64,000 nt of DNA from the human T2T-CHM13v2.0 reference genome, Homo sapiens. The position numbers were made by a program, and so were the translations under genes. The stretch is taken from assembly GCF_009914755.1 (NCBI RefSeq), contig NC_060925.1. One strand, given 5' to 3'. This document shows, one piece after another, positions 32,201-46,353 of the stretch. The notes under the pieces were generated by a model. It saw only the letters and a program-made list of their open reading frames with translations, ran no database searches and was not told where the DNA came from. The stretch's first letter is position 1, and the number at the start of each line of letters is the position of its first letter.

Positions 32201-34580
32201 TGCAATGGAATGGAATGAAATGGACTCGAATGGAATGGAATAGACTGAAATGAAATGGAATGTACTGGAATGGAATGGAATGGAATGTACTGGAATGGAA
32301 TGGAATGGACTCGAATGATATGCAATTGAATGGACTCGCATGGATTGGAATGGACTCTAGTGGAATGGAATGGAATAGAATGGACTCCAATGGAATGTGG
32401 TGGGATGGATTCAAATGGAATGGAATGGAATTGAGTGGATTTGAATTGAATGGAATGGAATGGTATGGAATGGAATGGAATGGAATGAAATGGACTAGAA
32501 TGGAATGGAATGGACTCGAATGGAATGGAATGGAATGTACTTGAATTGTATGGAACGGAATTGAATGGACTCGAAAGGAATGGAATGGAATGGAATGGAA
32601 TGGAATGGAATGGAATGGACTCGAATGGAATGGAATGGAATGAACTCCAATGGAATGGAATGGACTCGAATAGAATGGAATGGAATGGAAAGGACTCGAG
32701 TGGGATGGAATGGAGTGGAATGGACTCGAATGGGATGGAATGGAATGGAATGGACTCGAATGGAATGGAACCGAAAGGAATGGAACGGAACGGAACGGAA
32801 CGCAATGGAATCGACCCGAATGGAATGGAATGGAATGGAATGGAATGGAATGGAATGCAATGGAATCGAATGGGATGGAATGTATTGGAATGGACTCGAA
32901 TGGCATGGACAGGAGTGGACCCGAATGAAATGGAATGGAATGGAATGGTCTCGAGTGGAATGGGATGGGATGGGATGGGATGCGATGGGATGGGATGGGA
33001 TGGGATGGGTTGGGATGGGATGGGATGGGATGGATTTGAATGGAATAGAATGGAATGGAATGGAATGGAATGGAATGGAATGGAATGGAATAGACTCGAA
33101 AGGATTGGAATGGAATGGACTCGAATGGAATGGAATGGACATGAATGGAACGGAATGGAATGGAATGAACTCGAATGGAATACAATGGAATTTAATGGAA
33201 TGGACTCTAATGGAATGGACTTGAATGGAATAGAATGGAAGAGACTCGAATGGAATGGAATACAATGGAATTTAATGGAATGGACTCTAATGGAATGGAC
33301 TTGAATGGAATAGAATGGAAGAGACTCGAATGGAATGGAATGCAATGGAATGGACTCGAATGGAATGGAATGGAATTGACTCAGATGGAATGGAATGGAA
33401 TGGACTCGAAAGGATTGGAATGGAATACAATGGAATGGTCTCGAATGGAATGGAATGGAATGGACTCGAATGGAATGGACTGCAATGGAATGGACTCAAA
33501 TGGAATGGAATGGAACTGACTCGAATGGAATTGAATGGAATGGACCCGAATGGAATGGAATGGACTGGGCTCAAATGGAATGGAATGGAAAAGAATGGAA
33601 TGGAATAGAATGGACTGGAATGTAATGAGTTTGGAATGGACTTGAATGCAATGGAATGGAATGGAATGGAATGGAATGGACTCAAATGGAATAGCATGGA
33701 ATGGAATGGACTCAAATGCATTGGAATGGAATGGACTCGAATGGAATGGAATGGACTCGAATGGAATGGAGTTGAATGGACTCATATGGAATGGAATGGC
33801 ATTGAATGGACTCGAATGGAATAGAATTATAACAGAATGGAATGAACCCGAATGGAATGGAATGGAATGGAATGGAATGGAATGGAATGGAATGAAAGGT
33901 GCTCGAATAGAATGGAATGGAATGGAATAGAATGGACTCAAATGGAATGGAATATAATGGAATGGGAATGGGAATGGGAATGGAAGGGATGGGATGGGAT
34001 GGGATGGAATGGAATGGAATGCAATGGAATGGACACCTATGGAATGCAGTTGAATTGAATGGACCCGAAAGCAATGGAATGGAATGCAATGTACTCGAAT
34101 GGAATGGACTCGAATGGAATGGAATGAACTCGAATGGAATGGAATGGAATGGACTCGAATGGAATGGAATGGAATGCACCCAAATGGAATTAAATGTAAT
34201 GGAATGGACTTGAATGAAATGGCAAGAATGGACTCGAATGGAATGGAATGGAATGGAATCGAATGGAATCGAATGGAATGACATGGAATGGATTCGAATG
34301 GAAAGACATGGAATGGACTCGATTGGAATGGGTTGGGATGGAATGATCTAGAATGTAATGGAATGGAATGGACTCAAATGGAATAGAATGGAATAGAATG
34401 GACTCGAATATAATGGAATGAAATTGGCTCGAATGGAATGGAATGGACTTGAATGGAATGGAATGGAATCGAATGGAATGGAATGGAATGGAATGGAATG
34501 GAATGGAATGGAATGGAATGGAATGGACTCGAATGGAATGGAAAGGAATGGACTCAAATGGAATAGAATTTAATGGAATT
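29294..34580 (+). repeat. Human satellite III (GGAAT)n island, ~5.3 kb
   Basis: Diverged GGAAT pentamers with recurrent GGACTCGAAT variants. The G-rich strand is +. Confidence 0.97.
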
Positions 34581-36631
34581 ACAAACCACAGTGATATAAC
34601 ACACATGCATGAAGATTTCTAACATGCCATCCTAAATTAAGTCACTGTATCAGTCAGAGTCCAAGTATAGGAAACAGTCACTACCCATGCAAACCTGAAG
34701 AGACCTTCATACAAGGGAGCTGAGGCAGCCGCAGCCTGCAGCTCTGTCTTCTAGTCTTGCAGGCATTCATTTAGTTAGTGGAAGCATATCTCCTCCCAGA
34801 GCCCAGGCTGCAAGAGTCTGAAATGGAGCTTTTAGCTTTCCAGCCTCTGTATCAAAAGGGCACACCAGAAAGAGGCTAGAATGAATGGTTGGGCACTAAC
34901 AAATATTTTCACAACCTAAGCCCATACTCGCAGTTGTTTGCTGAACAGACAATCAATAAATCAAACAGCCCTTCCATGTAGAAATTAAGAAGGAAACACA
35001 ACACCAAAACTCATTATTAAATAGCATTTTGTATTTGAAAACTCATTATTAAATAGCAAATAAATTGCACTAAAATACAAAATTGTAGAATTTGTATTCT
35101 GGGAAGCCACAGTAACAAATCCCTGTGACAGAACCCACGAAGTAGAGGTCTCCTGTGGGAATGATGACCGAGGCCCTCGCCGCTGCTCCACCTGCCCCTC
35201 CAGGGATGCCCTGCTTTTCCAGTTGCCCCTACTCTGATGTGCATCATGGCAGGAAAAAGTGGGCTGCTGCTTTCCTTTAATGCTTTTTGTCCCACTTTAT
35301 TTTTTACTTTTGCCTAGTATATCTTTTCATTCTTTTATTTTCAACTTTTGTAAATCTCTGTTTTAGGTGGGCTTCTTACGTACAACTTGGAGTTGGGTTT
35401 CACTTTTTGATTCAATCTGAAATCTTTTACTTTTACCAACCTTCAGGTTATGTGTATAAAGTTATGTGTTTACATGTATAGATACAATGTTTGGTCTTAC
35501 TTTTATGACATGTTTTTGTAGCTTTTTGAAAAAGTTTGTGTTCTCTCTGTAGTTCTTCTGAAATTTAGAAATGTTTGCACTATTTTGTACTAGGGGTTAC
35601 TTTTGGAATTTTAACTCTATGTAATTCCCTCTCCTTCGGAATCCTCATACAACACATCTTAGCCTGTTAGTTTCCTGTTCCACATTGTGATAAAACTGTC
35701 ATTCATCTTGCTCCTTCTTCCTTCCATCCCTCTCCTCTACAACTTGATTTTAGTGAATAACATCTTAGTGCCTCCCTGTGATTATAGGTGAGACAGTCAA
35801 CAAACCTCTAACCACCGACCTTTTCTCCTCTGCCCTCCACTCACACTCTGCTCCATCACCCTCAGCCACACAGCTGACGCTGTAGAGATTCACTGACATC
35901 CAGTCTGATGGACACTGTTTCTCCAGCCGAAACTGCTCATGAGAACAGTGTGTATTCCCTGAGTTCTCACATGATCAATAGTGTTTGTTTGCAGACTGGA
36001 TACAAAAGATGGTTTGACTGGACATAAAATTCATGGGCCATCCTTTCTTCCTGGAGGATCCCATAAGTAAGGATTACTCCACTATCTGAAGAATTTGGAG
36101 AAATTTGAAGCCACCCTGATCTTTTCCCTCCGTAAGAGATGACATGTTTGTTTACCCATTGGGAGGTTCTTGCTTCATCTTCAGAGTTTAATAATTCCTG
36201 TAGGATATGGCACACTCATAACCTGTTCTCAGTCAACCTTCCCCAGCATAAAATTTGCCCTCTCACAATGTACACTTCCATCTATTTTTACCTGAGCAGA
36301 ATTTTCCTGAACATTATCTTTAAATATTTGTTCTGTCCTTTTGTTTTGTTTTCCTGTTTGAAGATTCCAATGATAAATATGCTGGAACCCCTCTCCCTGT
36401 TCTCTTCAGCTGTAATTTTCTTTCTAGTTCCTTTTAAACTCATGATTACGGTTTCATTCTTATTAATTCTCTCATTCGTATTTTTCCATCACCTTTTTTG
36501 TGTTTCCCAAAACATCTGTCTTCTCCTGGGCCCTTCCAATCGCACCTTCACCTCTGTGGTGGTTCTCCTGGCTGCTGCCATCCTTTCTTCTGCCAACTTG
36601 ACTTTGTCTCCTGCTGTCTCACTTGGTTGTA

Positions 36632-36947
36632 CAGGTTGAGCATCCCTAATTCCAAAATCCAGAATCCTCCAAACTCCGGAACTTTTTGAGCATGGACATG
36701 ATGCCACAAGTGGAAAATTCCATACTTGACCTCATGTGATGGGTTGAACAAAATTATTAAAAATACTGTATAAAATTACCTTCAGGTTATATGTATAAGG
36801 TGTATGTGAAACATACATGAATTTCGTGTTTAAGCTTGTATCCCAAGTTATCTCATTATGTATACGTAAATATTCCAAAATCTGAAAAAATCCAAAATCT
36901 AAAACACTTCCAGTTCTAAGCATTTGGGATAAGGGATACTCAACCTC
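36632..36947. mobile_element. Tigger4/MER46-type DNA transposon
   Basis: TIRs caggttgagcatccct...agggatactcaacct, preceded by TA. Confidence 0.85.
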
Positions 36948-38375
36948 ATTAAAATCTCTTTTCTGTTTTGTGGCATTCCTGCACTGGGATCTTCTGCCAC
37001 AGAACTGCTTCATGAGTTTCCTGTTTTTTTCATTTATGATGAACTGTCTGGTCATGATTCCATCCTGCTTCACAGACACATTTCCCACAATTTCCTTAGA
37101 GAATATCCATGCAGTGATGGTCACCTTCTCTAACAGGCATTTCAGAGTGAGGTGGGACGTTCTAGGGCACCTGTTTTGCAGATGCCCTCAGGGTGGGGGA
37201 AGGGCAGCTTCCAGCCTTCCCAGTTCCAGCACTCTCTCCCCCAGCCGCTACCTGCATGTGAATCCCTGGGAGACCCCACAGCCCATGTCTCTGAGTAAAA
37301 CTGGATCCAGGAAGCCCTTTGCTTTCAGTGGTCCTCCCTGGAACTTCTGCACTCTGCAAGCTGGAGTTGAACATCTGCGACTCAGCCTCTCAGTGCACAG
37401 GGTATGTGGGGCTCGACTTCTAGACCTGGCCCTGACGAGTGCTTTTGTTAGCCTGAGCCCTTCTGCTCAGTTCCGCCTATACTATCGCTGCCCAGGCTTA
37501 GCTGCTTTTGGTAAGCCTCATGCACATTTTAGAGTCTGTGAATTGCATCTGCCTCTTATTTCTCTGAAAATGGAGTTTTTCATCCCTTCCTTCCAATTCT
37601 CCTTCCAGCCTTTCTTGATTTCCAGAATGAGAAATCATTAAGTCATATACTGAGCCACAAATAACATTATAAATGTGACAATTACATGATAATCTTTGGG
37701 GGGAAAACATTCTGTGATTTCTAACATATTTACATAAAAATATCTTACACTAAAACACACCAGTTGAGGGCACTGGCCAGAGATAAGATTAGGTTAAGGC
37801 CAAGCAAAGCTGAGAAGACCATTGTTAAAATTTCAATCCTGTTCCTTTATCTTTTCAAATTAACTGAATATTGTTATTAAATTTCTTGTTTTAGTGTCGA
37901 ATAGCACCTTTTCCCTGCCTCACTTTAGAATCAATTTAGAGACAAAGGATTCAGGCCAACTGAGGTCATCAGCATTATCGCTAATAATAGCTGGACTGGC
38001 GGATGCGATTCAGATTCACACAACAATGGATTTCCTAATCTGAATCCTAGACTGAGATGAAGCCAGCCAGCCGTAAGCATTGCTTAATAACCAAAGCCTC
38101 CCCAGATAGGCTTCTTGCCCTACAGCACTGAAGACATGAAAGAAACAGACCAAAATGTACAAATATCTTTTATTCCTCAAAGGAAAAAGAAGAGTTACAC
38201 ATGCCTGTTTCTCACCAATAAGAGGGGTCAGGGCAGAGTGAGTCTGGGAGAGAGAGTTCTACCACCACGGTTCCCAAAGCATCGTCTAGGGGCCTGTTAG
38301 GGGAGCCCGAGGTCTAAACTATTTCCACAGTTTCACTAAGATAAGATTTTCCTTTTCCATCCTCACATTCGTTAG

Positions 38376-38851
<476 letters not shown>

Positions 38852-39444
38852 TAAATAAATGGAGAAATATTTTAAAAATTGTTTTAATTTCTAATGTGGC
38901 AAACATTAATAGATATAACTCACATGACCAAAATCTCTTTGGGGTCCTCAGTAATTTTAAAAAGTGAAAAGGACCCCTGAGACAACATTTGGGTTTGGAA
39001 CTGCTGCTCCACTAGGGGAAGAGATACCAGAACAGAGAATATGTGTTCCCTGGGAGATAAGGCCTTCCCGACTACCTCCCCTCCTATCATCGAAATAAGT
39101 TTTCTACATTTCTTTAATATCATGTTTTAAAATTCCTTTTAAAAGACTGAAATCATCAGCAGAAGGCACGGGATTAGCTTAGCACAGTCAGTTTAGACTA
39201 GTTACCCACAGGGGACTACAGAATGGACATCACGAGGCATACACAAGCATAGAGGTGAGAAGGGCCGTGTTCACAGTTGACAAGATTACATTTCAGGTTA
39301 AACTGGTAACTAAGATAACAGGGAAAAAGACAATTAACAAAGAAACTGTAATCGTCCATAAGCCTAATTAGCCATAAAGCAAAGTCTGTTGGGAATTTAA
39401 TGAACATTTGTTAAAAACACAAATATTATAGGAAGTTTTTTATA

Positions 39445-39743
39445 CAGTCATGGGTCGCTTAACAAGGGGGATACAATCTGATCCGAGAAATGCATTGCTA
39501 GGTAATTTCCTCATTGTGTGAACATCACAGAGTGTATTACACAACACCTACACAGCTCGGCTACAGACCTATACAACATATTAATGCACTGAACAGCAAC
39601 TGTAACATAATGGCAACTATCTGTGTATCTAAATATATCTAAACATAGGAAACGTACAGTAAAAAAAGGAAACAATCTTATGTGGCCACTACACTACACG
39701 CGGTCGGTCATTGACCAAAACATCGTTATGTAGTGCATGACTG
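39445..39743. mobile_element. Tigger3/MER7-type DNA transposon
   Basis: TIRs cagtcatg...catgactg. Confidence 0.85.
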
Positions 39744-40289
39744 CATATCTCCTCAAATCTGACAATTCTAAACAAGTAAAGATGTGGAAGAATTAGATAA
39801 ACAGAAAGAAAGTACATCCTTCAAATAGAGAATCTGTATTTTTTTCACACATCAATAGAATATTTACAAAAATCAATTATAAAGAAGGCCACAAAGGAAA
39901 ACTTAATCATTTCAAAGAATTAGAGATCTTAAAGGCCAAACTCTCTGGTGGTAATATAATAAAACTAGAATTCAATAAAGTTAAATAAAATCACAGCTAT
40001 TTGAAATTCGAAGTCCACTTCTGAACACCCTTGGATCTGGGAGCAAATTGGCACTGCATGTGTGCCTGGGCTCCTGAAGGGCCTCACATACATGGGGAAG
40101 GGCAGAGAAAGAGAAACAACAACATCCACTACCTCTATTTTTAAAGTCAGCCTTACTACAAAATACAGAAAGTATTCTTCACTGGGCAGACCAAATCAAC
40201 TTTGCTCAATCTTCGCCTTTGGGTTCCTTTAGGTTTATAATGAACTGTAAGCATTTACTGAGTGATTATTATAAAGGCACCATTTGAAG

Positions 40290-40470
40290 TACCTGATGCC
40301 CTTTTAATGCTGTAATGCCCCTGTGAAGTAGGTCTTACTATTATCCCTGCTCTAGAGATGAGAAAACTGAGGCAGGGAGAGATGAAGAAGCTGGCCCCAA
40401 GGCCACACCACTGAGGAGGGAGGGGCCAGACCTGGAGAGCAGGGGGATCCCACAATCTGTGCTTGTGCCT
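40290..40470. mobile_element. MIR
   Basis: Core ttatccc..agatgagaaaactgaggcagggaga...cccaaggccacac. Confidence 0.75.
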
Positions 40471-41626
40471 TCCTGCTCTGCTGCTTCCCAGCTAGCGTGT
40501 GTGCTGGACACAGCCCTCAGTGATCTCAACTTTGATTATCTAATTTTAAAAAGACTTCTCAAGTTTATTGTCTTTTACAAAAAAGGGATGTAATCTAGCA
40601 AGCCAAAGCAGAACCAAGCAGACTTTGTAGTTTTCATCAATTTTCTGGACGCTCCAGCCACTTTCCTCAGGTCCTTTAGCAATGTGTGGACTGCCCGCCC
40701 ACCGCTGCCCCGAGGTAGGGAAGCACCACACTACAACCTCATGCAGGCTGGATTAAAACATGCCCTCCACTTCAGGCTTAGGAACCAGCGCCCCTCCTAC
40801 AGCTCACAAGTTGCTCAAGCAGTGGTCTGTGAGAAGTGATTCTATTTTTGGGGTTGTCCCTTTTCTCTGCTTTTCTTGGGAACCATTTTGACTCTGTCAA
40901 ATGTTCACTGACTTCTAGCACTGGCAGAAAGAACGTCTGCTTTTTTATCTGAAACTGAACTGTTACACAACTTATAATTTTATTTTGGTAAAAGCATTCT
41001 TAGTTGCTGTGTTTAGTCATACTCTACAAATTATCTTGTTGGTAGGATAAATATGGTGAGAATTAAAGAAAAATGAAGATGGTAGTGGACATTTGCAGAC
41101 TATTATCAATACCGGCATTTCAAACTTCCAATATAATTCGGATACTTGCCTGGAGGACAAACTTTTTTTGGCATGCCGTATAATGAGGAGCCTTATATTC
41201 CCAGTGTGCTCAAACTGCCCTGACACCACCTATCCACCGTCGTCAGCAATCTATGTTCAATGTTTCTTAAAAACATCAGTTACAAGGTCAAATTTAATTC
41301 AACTGAGGTCAGACTCTCAGGGGAGCTGAGGAGCACTTCCTTCAATGGAAATGGCCATTTCTGAGTGGTGACAACACTGTCATTTCTTGGACCTTCTTTA
41401 ACAAATCTGTTCTCAGGAGCATTAACATACTTTGCTAATACATTTTAATCTGGCATTTTTATGGGGGTAATTATAGGAAATGCCTGGAATTAAATAGCCT
41501 ACAACCAATTCTTGGATCAACAATTAGGAAAACTGAAAAATATATATGTAAATATATCTTTTTCTGTATAAGAAAAGTCCTGCTAACTTAGGAAATTAGA
41601 GGATATCTTTGTGTAGAATCTTTTTA

Positions 41627-41945
<319 letters not shown>

Positions 41946-42407
41946 GTGGAAATAACTTCCTCTGCTTCTAACTATGCAGTTTGCTTGAAAAAAAAAAAAA
42001 AAGTAACCTGTAGGTGCAGTACAACTATCAGCACAAATGTAATTATCTTAGAGTATCTTAATAGTTCCTACTTCAAGTAGAACTTATGAAGGAGTTTAAC
42101 TGTGGTAAAAAAAAAAATAATTGGAGTAACTTAGAAAACATTTATATATACAATAGTTGGTTTGTATGCTCAGTCACTCATTCATTTTAGGAATAACAAG
42201 TGCCTACTACTTGCCAGGTGCTTGGGATATAGCAGGGCCTACTGAATAAATTATTATACAACAGTAAATTAGCATTGGATTGTGTTGCTTAAAACAACAC
42301 TCACCAGAGCAAACAAAAGCCTGATTAGCAATATGATCTGAAATTTTAAAAACAGCCCTTTTCAACAGTTCCATCTAATTTGCCAGGTCATTATTTTATA
42401 ATGTCAT

Positions 42408-43815
42408 ATGGGATTGCTGGGTCAAATAGTATTTCTGGTTCTAGATCCTTGAGGAATCACCACACTGTCTTCCACAATGGTTGAACTTATACTCCCACCA
42501 ACAGTGTAAAAGCATTCCTATTTCTCCATGTCCTCTCCAGCATCTGTTGTTTCCTGACTTTTTAATGATAGCCATTCTAACTGGTGTGAGATGATATCTC
42601 ATTGTGGTTTTTATTTGCATTTCTCTAATGACCAGAGATGAGCTTTTTTTCATGTTTGTTGGCTGCATAAATTTCTTCTTTTGAGAAGTGTCTGTTCATA
42701 TCCTTTACCCACTTTTTGATGGGGTTGTTTTTTTCTTGTAAATTTGTTTAAGTTCTTTGTAGATTCTGGATGTTAGCCCTTTGTCAGATGGATAGATTGC
42801 AAAAATTTTCTCCCATTCTGTAGGTTGCCTCTTCGCTCTGATGATAGTTTCTTTTGCTATGCAGAAGCTCTTTAGTTTAATTAGATCCCATTTGTCAATT
42901 TTGGCTTTTGTTGCCATTGCTTTCGGTGTTTTAGACATCAAGTCTTTGCCCATGCCTATGTCCTGAATGGTATTGCCTAGCTTTTCTTGTAGGGTTTTTA
43001 TGGTTTTAGGTCTTATGTTTAAGTCTTTAATCCATCTTGAGTTAATTTTTGTATAAAGGTGTAAGGAAGTGGTCCAGTTTCAGTTTTTTGCATATGGCTA
43101 GCCAGTTTTCCCAACACCATTTATTAAATAGGGAACCCTTTCCCCATTGCTTGTTTTTCTCAGGTTTGTGAAAGATCAGATGGTTGTAGATGTGTGGCGT
43201 TATTTCTGAGGCCTCTGTTCTGTTCCATTGGTCTATATATCTGTTTTGGTGCCAGTATCATGCTGTTTTGGTTACTGTAGCCTTGTAATATAGTCTGAAG
43301 TCAGGTAGTATGATGAAAAGATTATAAATCATTCTACTATAAAGACACACGCACACGTATGTTTATTGCAGCACTGTTCACAATAGCAAAGACTTGGAAC
43401 CAACCCAAATGCCCATCAGTGATAGACTGGATAAAGAAAATGTGGCACATATACACCATGGAATACTATGCAGTCATAAAAAAGGATGAGTTCATGTCCT
43501 TTGCAAGGACGTGGATGAAGCTGGAAACCATTATTCTCAGCAAACTAACACGAGAACAGAAAACCAAACACCACATGTTCTTATTCATAAGTGGGAGCCG
43601 AACAATGAGAACACATGGGCACAGGGAGGGGAACATCACACACCAGGGCCTGTCGGGGGGTGGGGGGCTAGGGGACGGATAGCATTAGGAGAAATACCTA
43701 ATGTAGATGACGGGTTGATGGGTGCAGCAAACCACCATGGCATGTGTATACCTATGTAACAAACCTGCACATTGAGCATATGTATACCAGAACTTAAAAG
43801 TATAATTTAAAAAAT
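42408..43815. mobile_element. L1PA with 5' inversion (twin priming)
   Basis: Antisense ORF2 at 42408-43315, then sense ORF2 end and 3'UTR at 43316-43815. GTCATATG on both flanks. Confidence 0.92.
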
Positions 43816-44489
43816 TTTTTAAAAAGTCATATGATGCATTTAAGAAAGTCACTTAATTTACATCAGAGGAAAATCAAAGTTTATAGACTTAGGAAATAAA
43901 GTCGTAATGAAGAAGCTCTTCACGGCTGTCAGGACAGCTACGTTTTTGGTCTCTGTCCTTGATTCCATTGTGACCTTCAGCCCATCTCTCTGGGCCCCAT
44001 TTTCTTGTCTTTACCTCTTGGGTCATAAATGGATCTCCATGCAGCTGTCATCCCTCTGCCTAAATCCTCCTCAAAAGAAAATCAAAATAGTGGCTAACAC
44101 AGAGTACAGACTGTTCCAAGAGCTTCCTATGATGGAACTAATCTAATCTTTATAACAGTGCTCTGAGGTAGATGCTAAAATCTACCAGATACTATGGATG
44201 AGATGATGAAGTCATATGCTTGAGATCCCTGAGTAAATAAATAAGAAAGAGACAGAATTCCAACAGCGGCCGTGTGGCTGCAGAGCCTCTCTCCCTCCCT
44301 GCCTCACCCTCGAGTCCCCGCCTGGGAGGGCTCAGGGTCACTCACTAAGCATCTTTCCCATGCGCTGCTGTGAGGCTGCTGCTATTAACTTGCTACTATG
44401 GAGTAGTCATTAGTAGAAATTATGAAAAAATTTGAAAAAAAATCTTCATATAGCCAGAGATTCTAGCCTGAGATGTCTTTCCTTATTTG

Positions 44490-44622
44490 CTTATTATTAT
44501 TTGTAAAAACAGGGTCTCCCTATGTTGCCCAGGCTGGCCTCAAACTCCTGGGCTCAAGTTATCCTCCTGCCTCGGCCTCCCAAAATGCTGGGATTGCAGG
44601 CATGAGTGACCGCACCTGGCCA
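44490..44622 (-). mobile_element. Alu monomer (FLAM-like)
   Basis: Single antisense arm. Confidence 0.85.
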
Positions 44623-46042
44623 CCTTTCCACATTTAAGAGATCCCTGGGATACTGCGAAGCAGGAGTCCATCTCCAGACATGAGGAGCAGGTGGGCTAAA
44701 GGAAACAGGACTGGGGAGTCTTGGAGGGGCAGAGCAATGCCCAGGGACACAGAAACTTTTGAATAAAGACAAGAGAGACCGACTCTTCGCCTACATCTAA
44801 AGCAAATGAAAACATAAAAATAAATGATGGCAAGAAACTAAACTAAAAATACACTACCCCTGAAAGTATGTGACACTGGATGTACTATCTAATTGGTCTG
44901 CCACAGGTAGAGAATGAAGTACTTCAGATAAGTTAATTTATCAAATAACTAAAATTAGATATATAAACTTTACGATTCTGAAAACTTTTTTCCTACAGAT
45001 GTGTGTACTTTAGGAAACACAGCATATTTAACATTTTTATAAATTTCAGTTGCACACCGTGCAGCTTTCAGGAAGCTTTCACACCGTGCACTGCCCTGCA
45101 TGCACCTCCCAAGCCTCGGGCTGTTCATGCCTGGCTGTCAGAAGTCACCTCCTGGCTGCCAGAGGGGCGAGGGGGCAGGCTGTTCTTCTCAGTGCTATAA
45201 GCAAGCCCAGGACTCCAAGGGAATGATAACAAATGTGTAAAAACCACAGTCACATTAACCTATAGGCTCAGGACCCAGTTCTACTTCCTCCAGACAGCTT
45301 TTGGGTACTGGTCTCCCTCTCTGTGTTTACAGCCGTCCTGGGTTTGCTGGGCACCTCCGAGTTCATGGAAGTGCAGCTCCTCACTGCAGTTGGGACACAC
45401 TCCACTTTGACAAAGGGGGTGTTATTTTCAGCAGTGGGTGAACAGCAGTGAACAAACCAAGCCCCTGCTCCTGGGGCTCAACTGGGATGGGGACGCAGAC
45501 AACTTAAACACGTGACCACTGGCGTACCTAAGGGCCAGGGAATGCTGCTGACATGATGGGGGTGGCGAGGCCAAGGTCCCAGCCAGGTAGGCTTGAGTTG
45601 GTATTGCTACAACCTTGTGATCACTGGCAAACAAGATTTCATGGTGGGAGTGTGACTAGAACTGGATTTCAAAGTTTCTTGAAAGCACTAGTTAGAAAAG
45701 ACAAGGTACATTGATCTGCACACAGGAGGTGCTCAGCGACGCCAGCACTGATGGGCTCCTCCTGCCTTGAGTGAAGAGCATCTGCCCCTGGACAGTGAAC
45801 AAAAGGTGGGGCCATTTTATGCCTCCAACAAGACATCTGGCTCAAACTCAACTTCAAAGATTAGAGTAAAAACGAAACTTCCATTCCAAACTACTTATCT
45901 TTATTTTGGCAACTGGAACAATCTGTAATTGAACACTAAATTCTATTACTAACTTTTATCCTAAGACTGTGTAGTAATTATTGATTAGTCTCCGTTTAAA
46001 GTTGCTGTTTAGATGGAAAAAATGATTTTACATAAAACATTA

Positions 46043-46353
<311 letters not shown>

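Noticed and set aside
29202-34606. Very long ORFs (up to 683 aa) of FHSIP/MEWNG repeats
   Set aside because: Artefact of stop-poor (GGAAT)n pentamers; not genes.
42441-43759. ORFs with L1 ORF2 C-terminal peptides
   Set aside because: Broken fragments of a truncated, inverted L1; not an active element.
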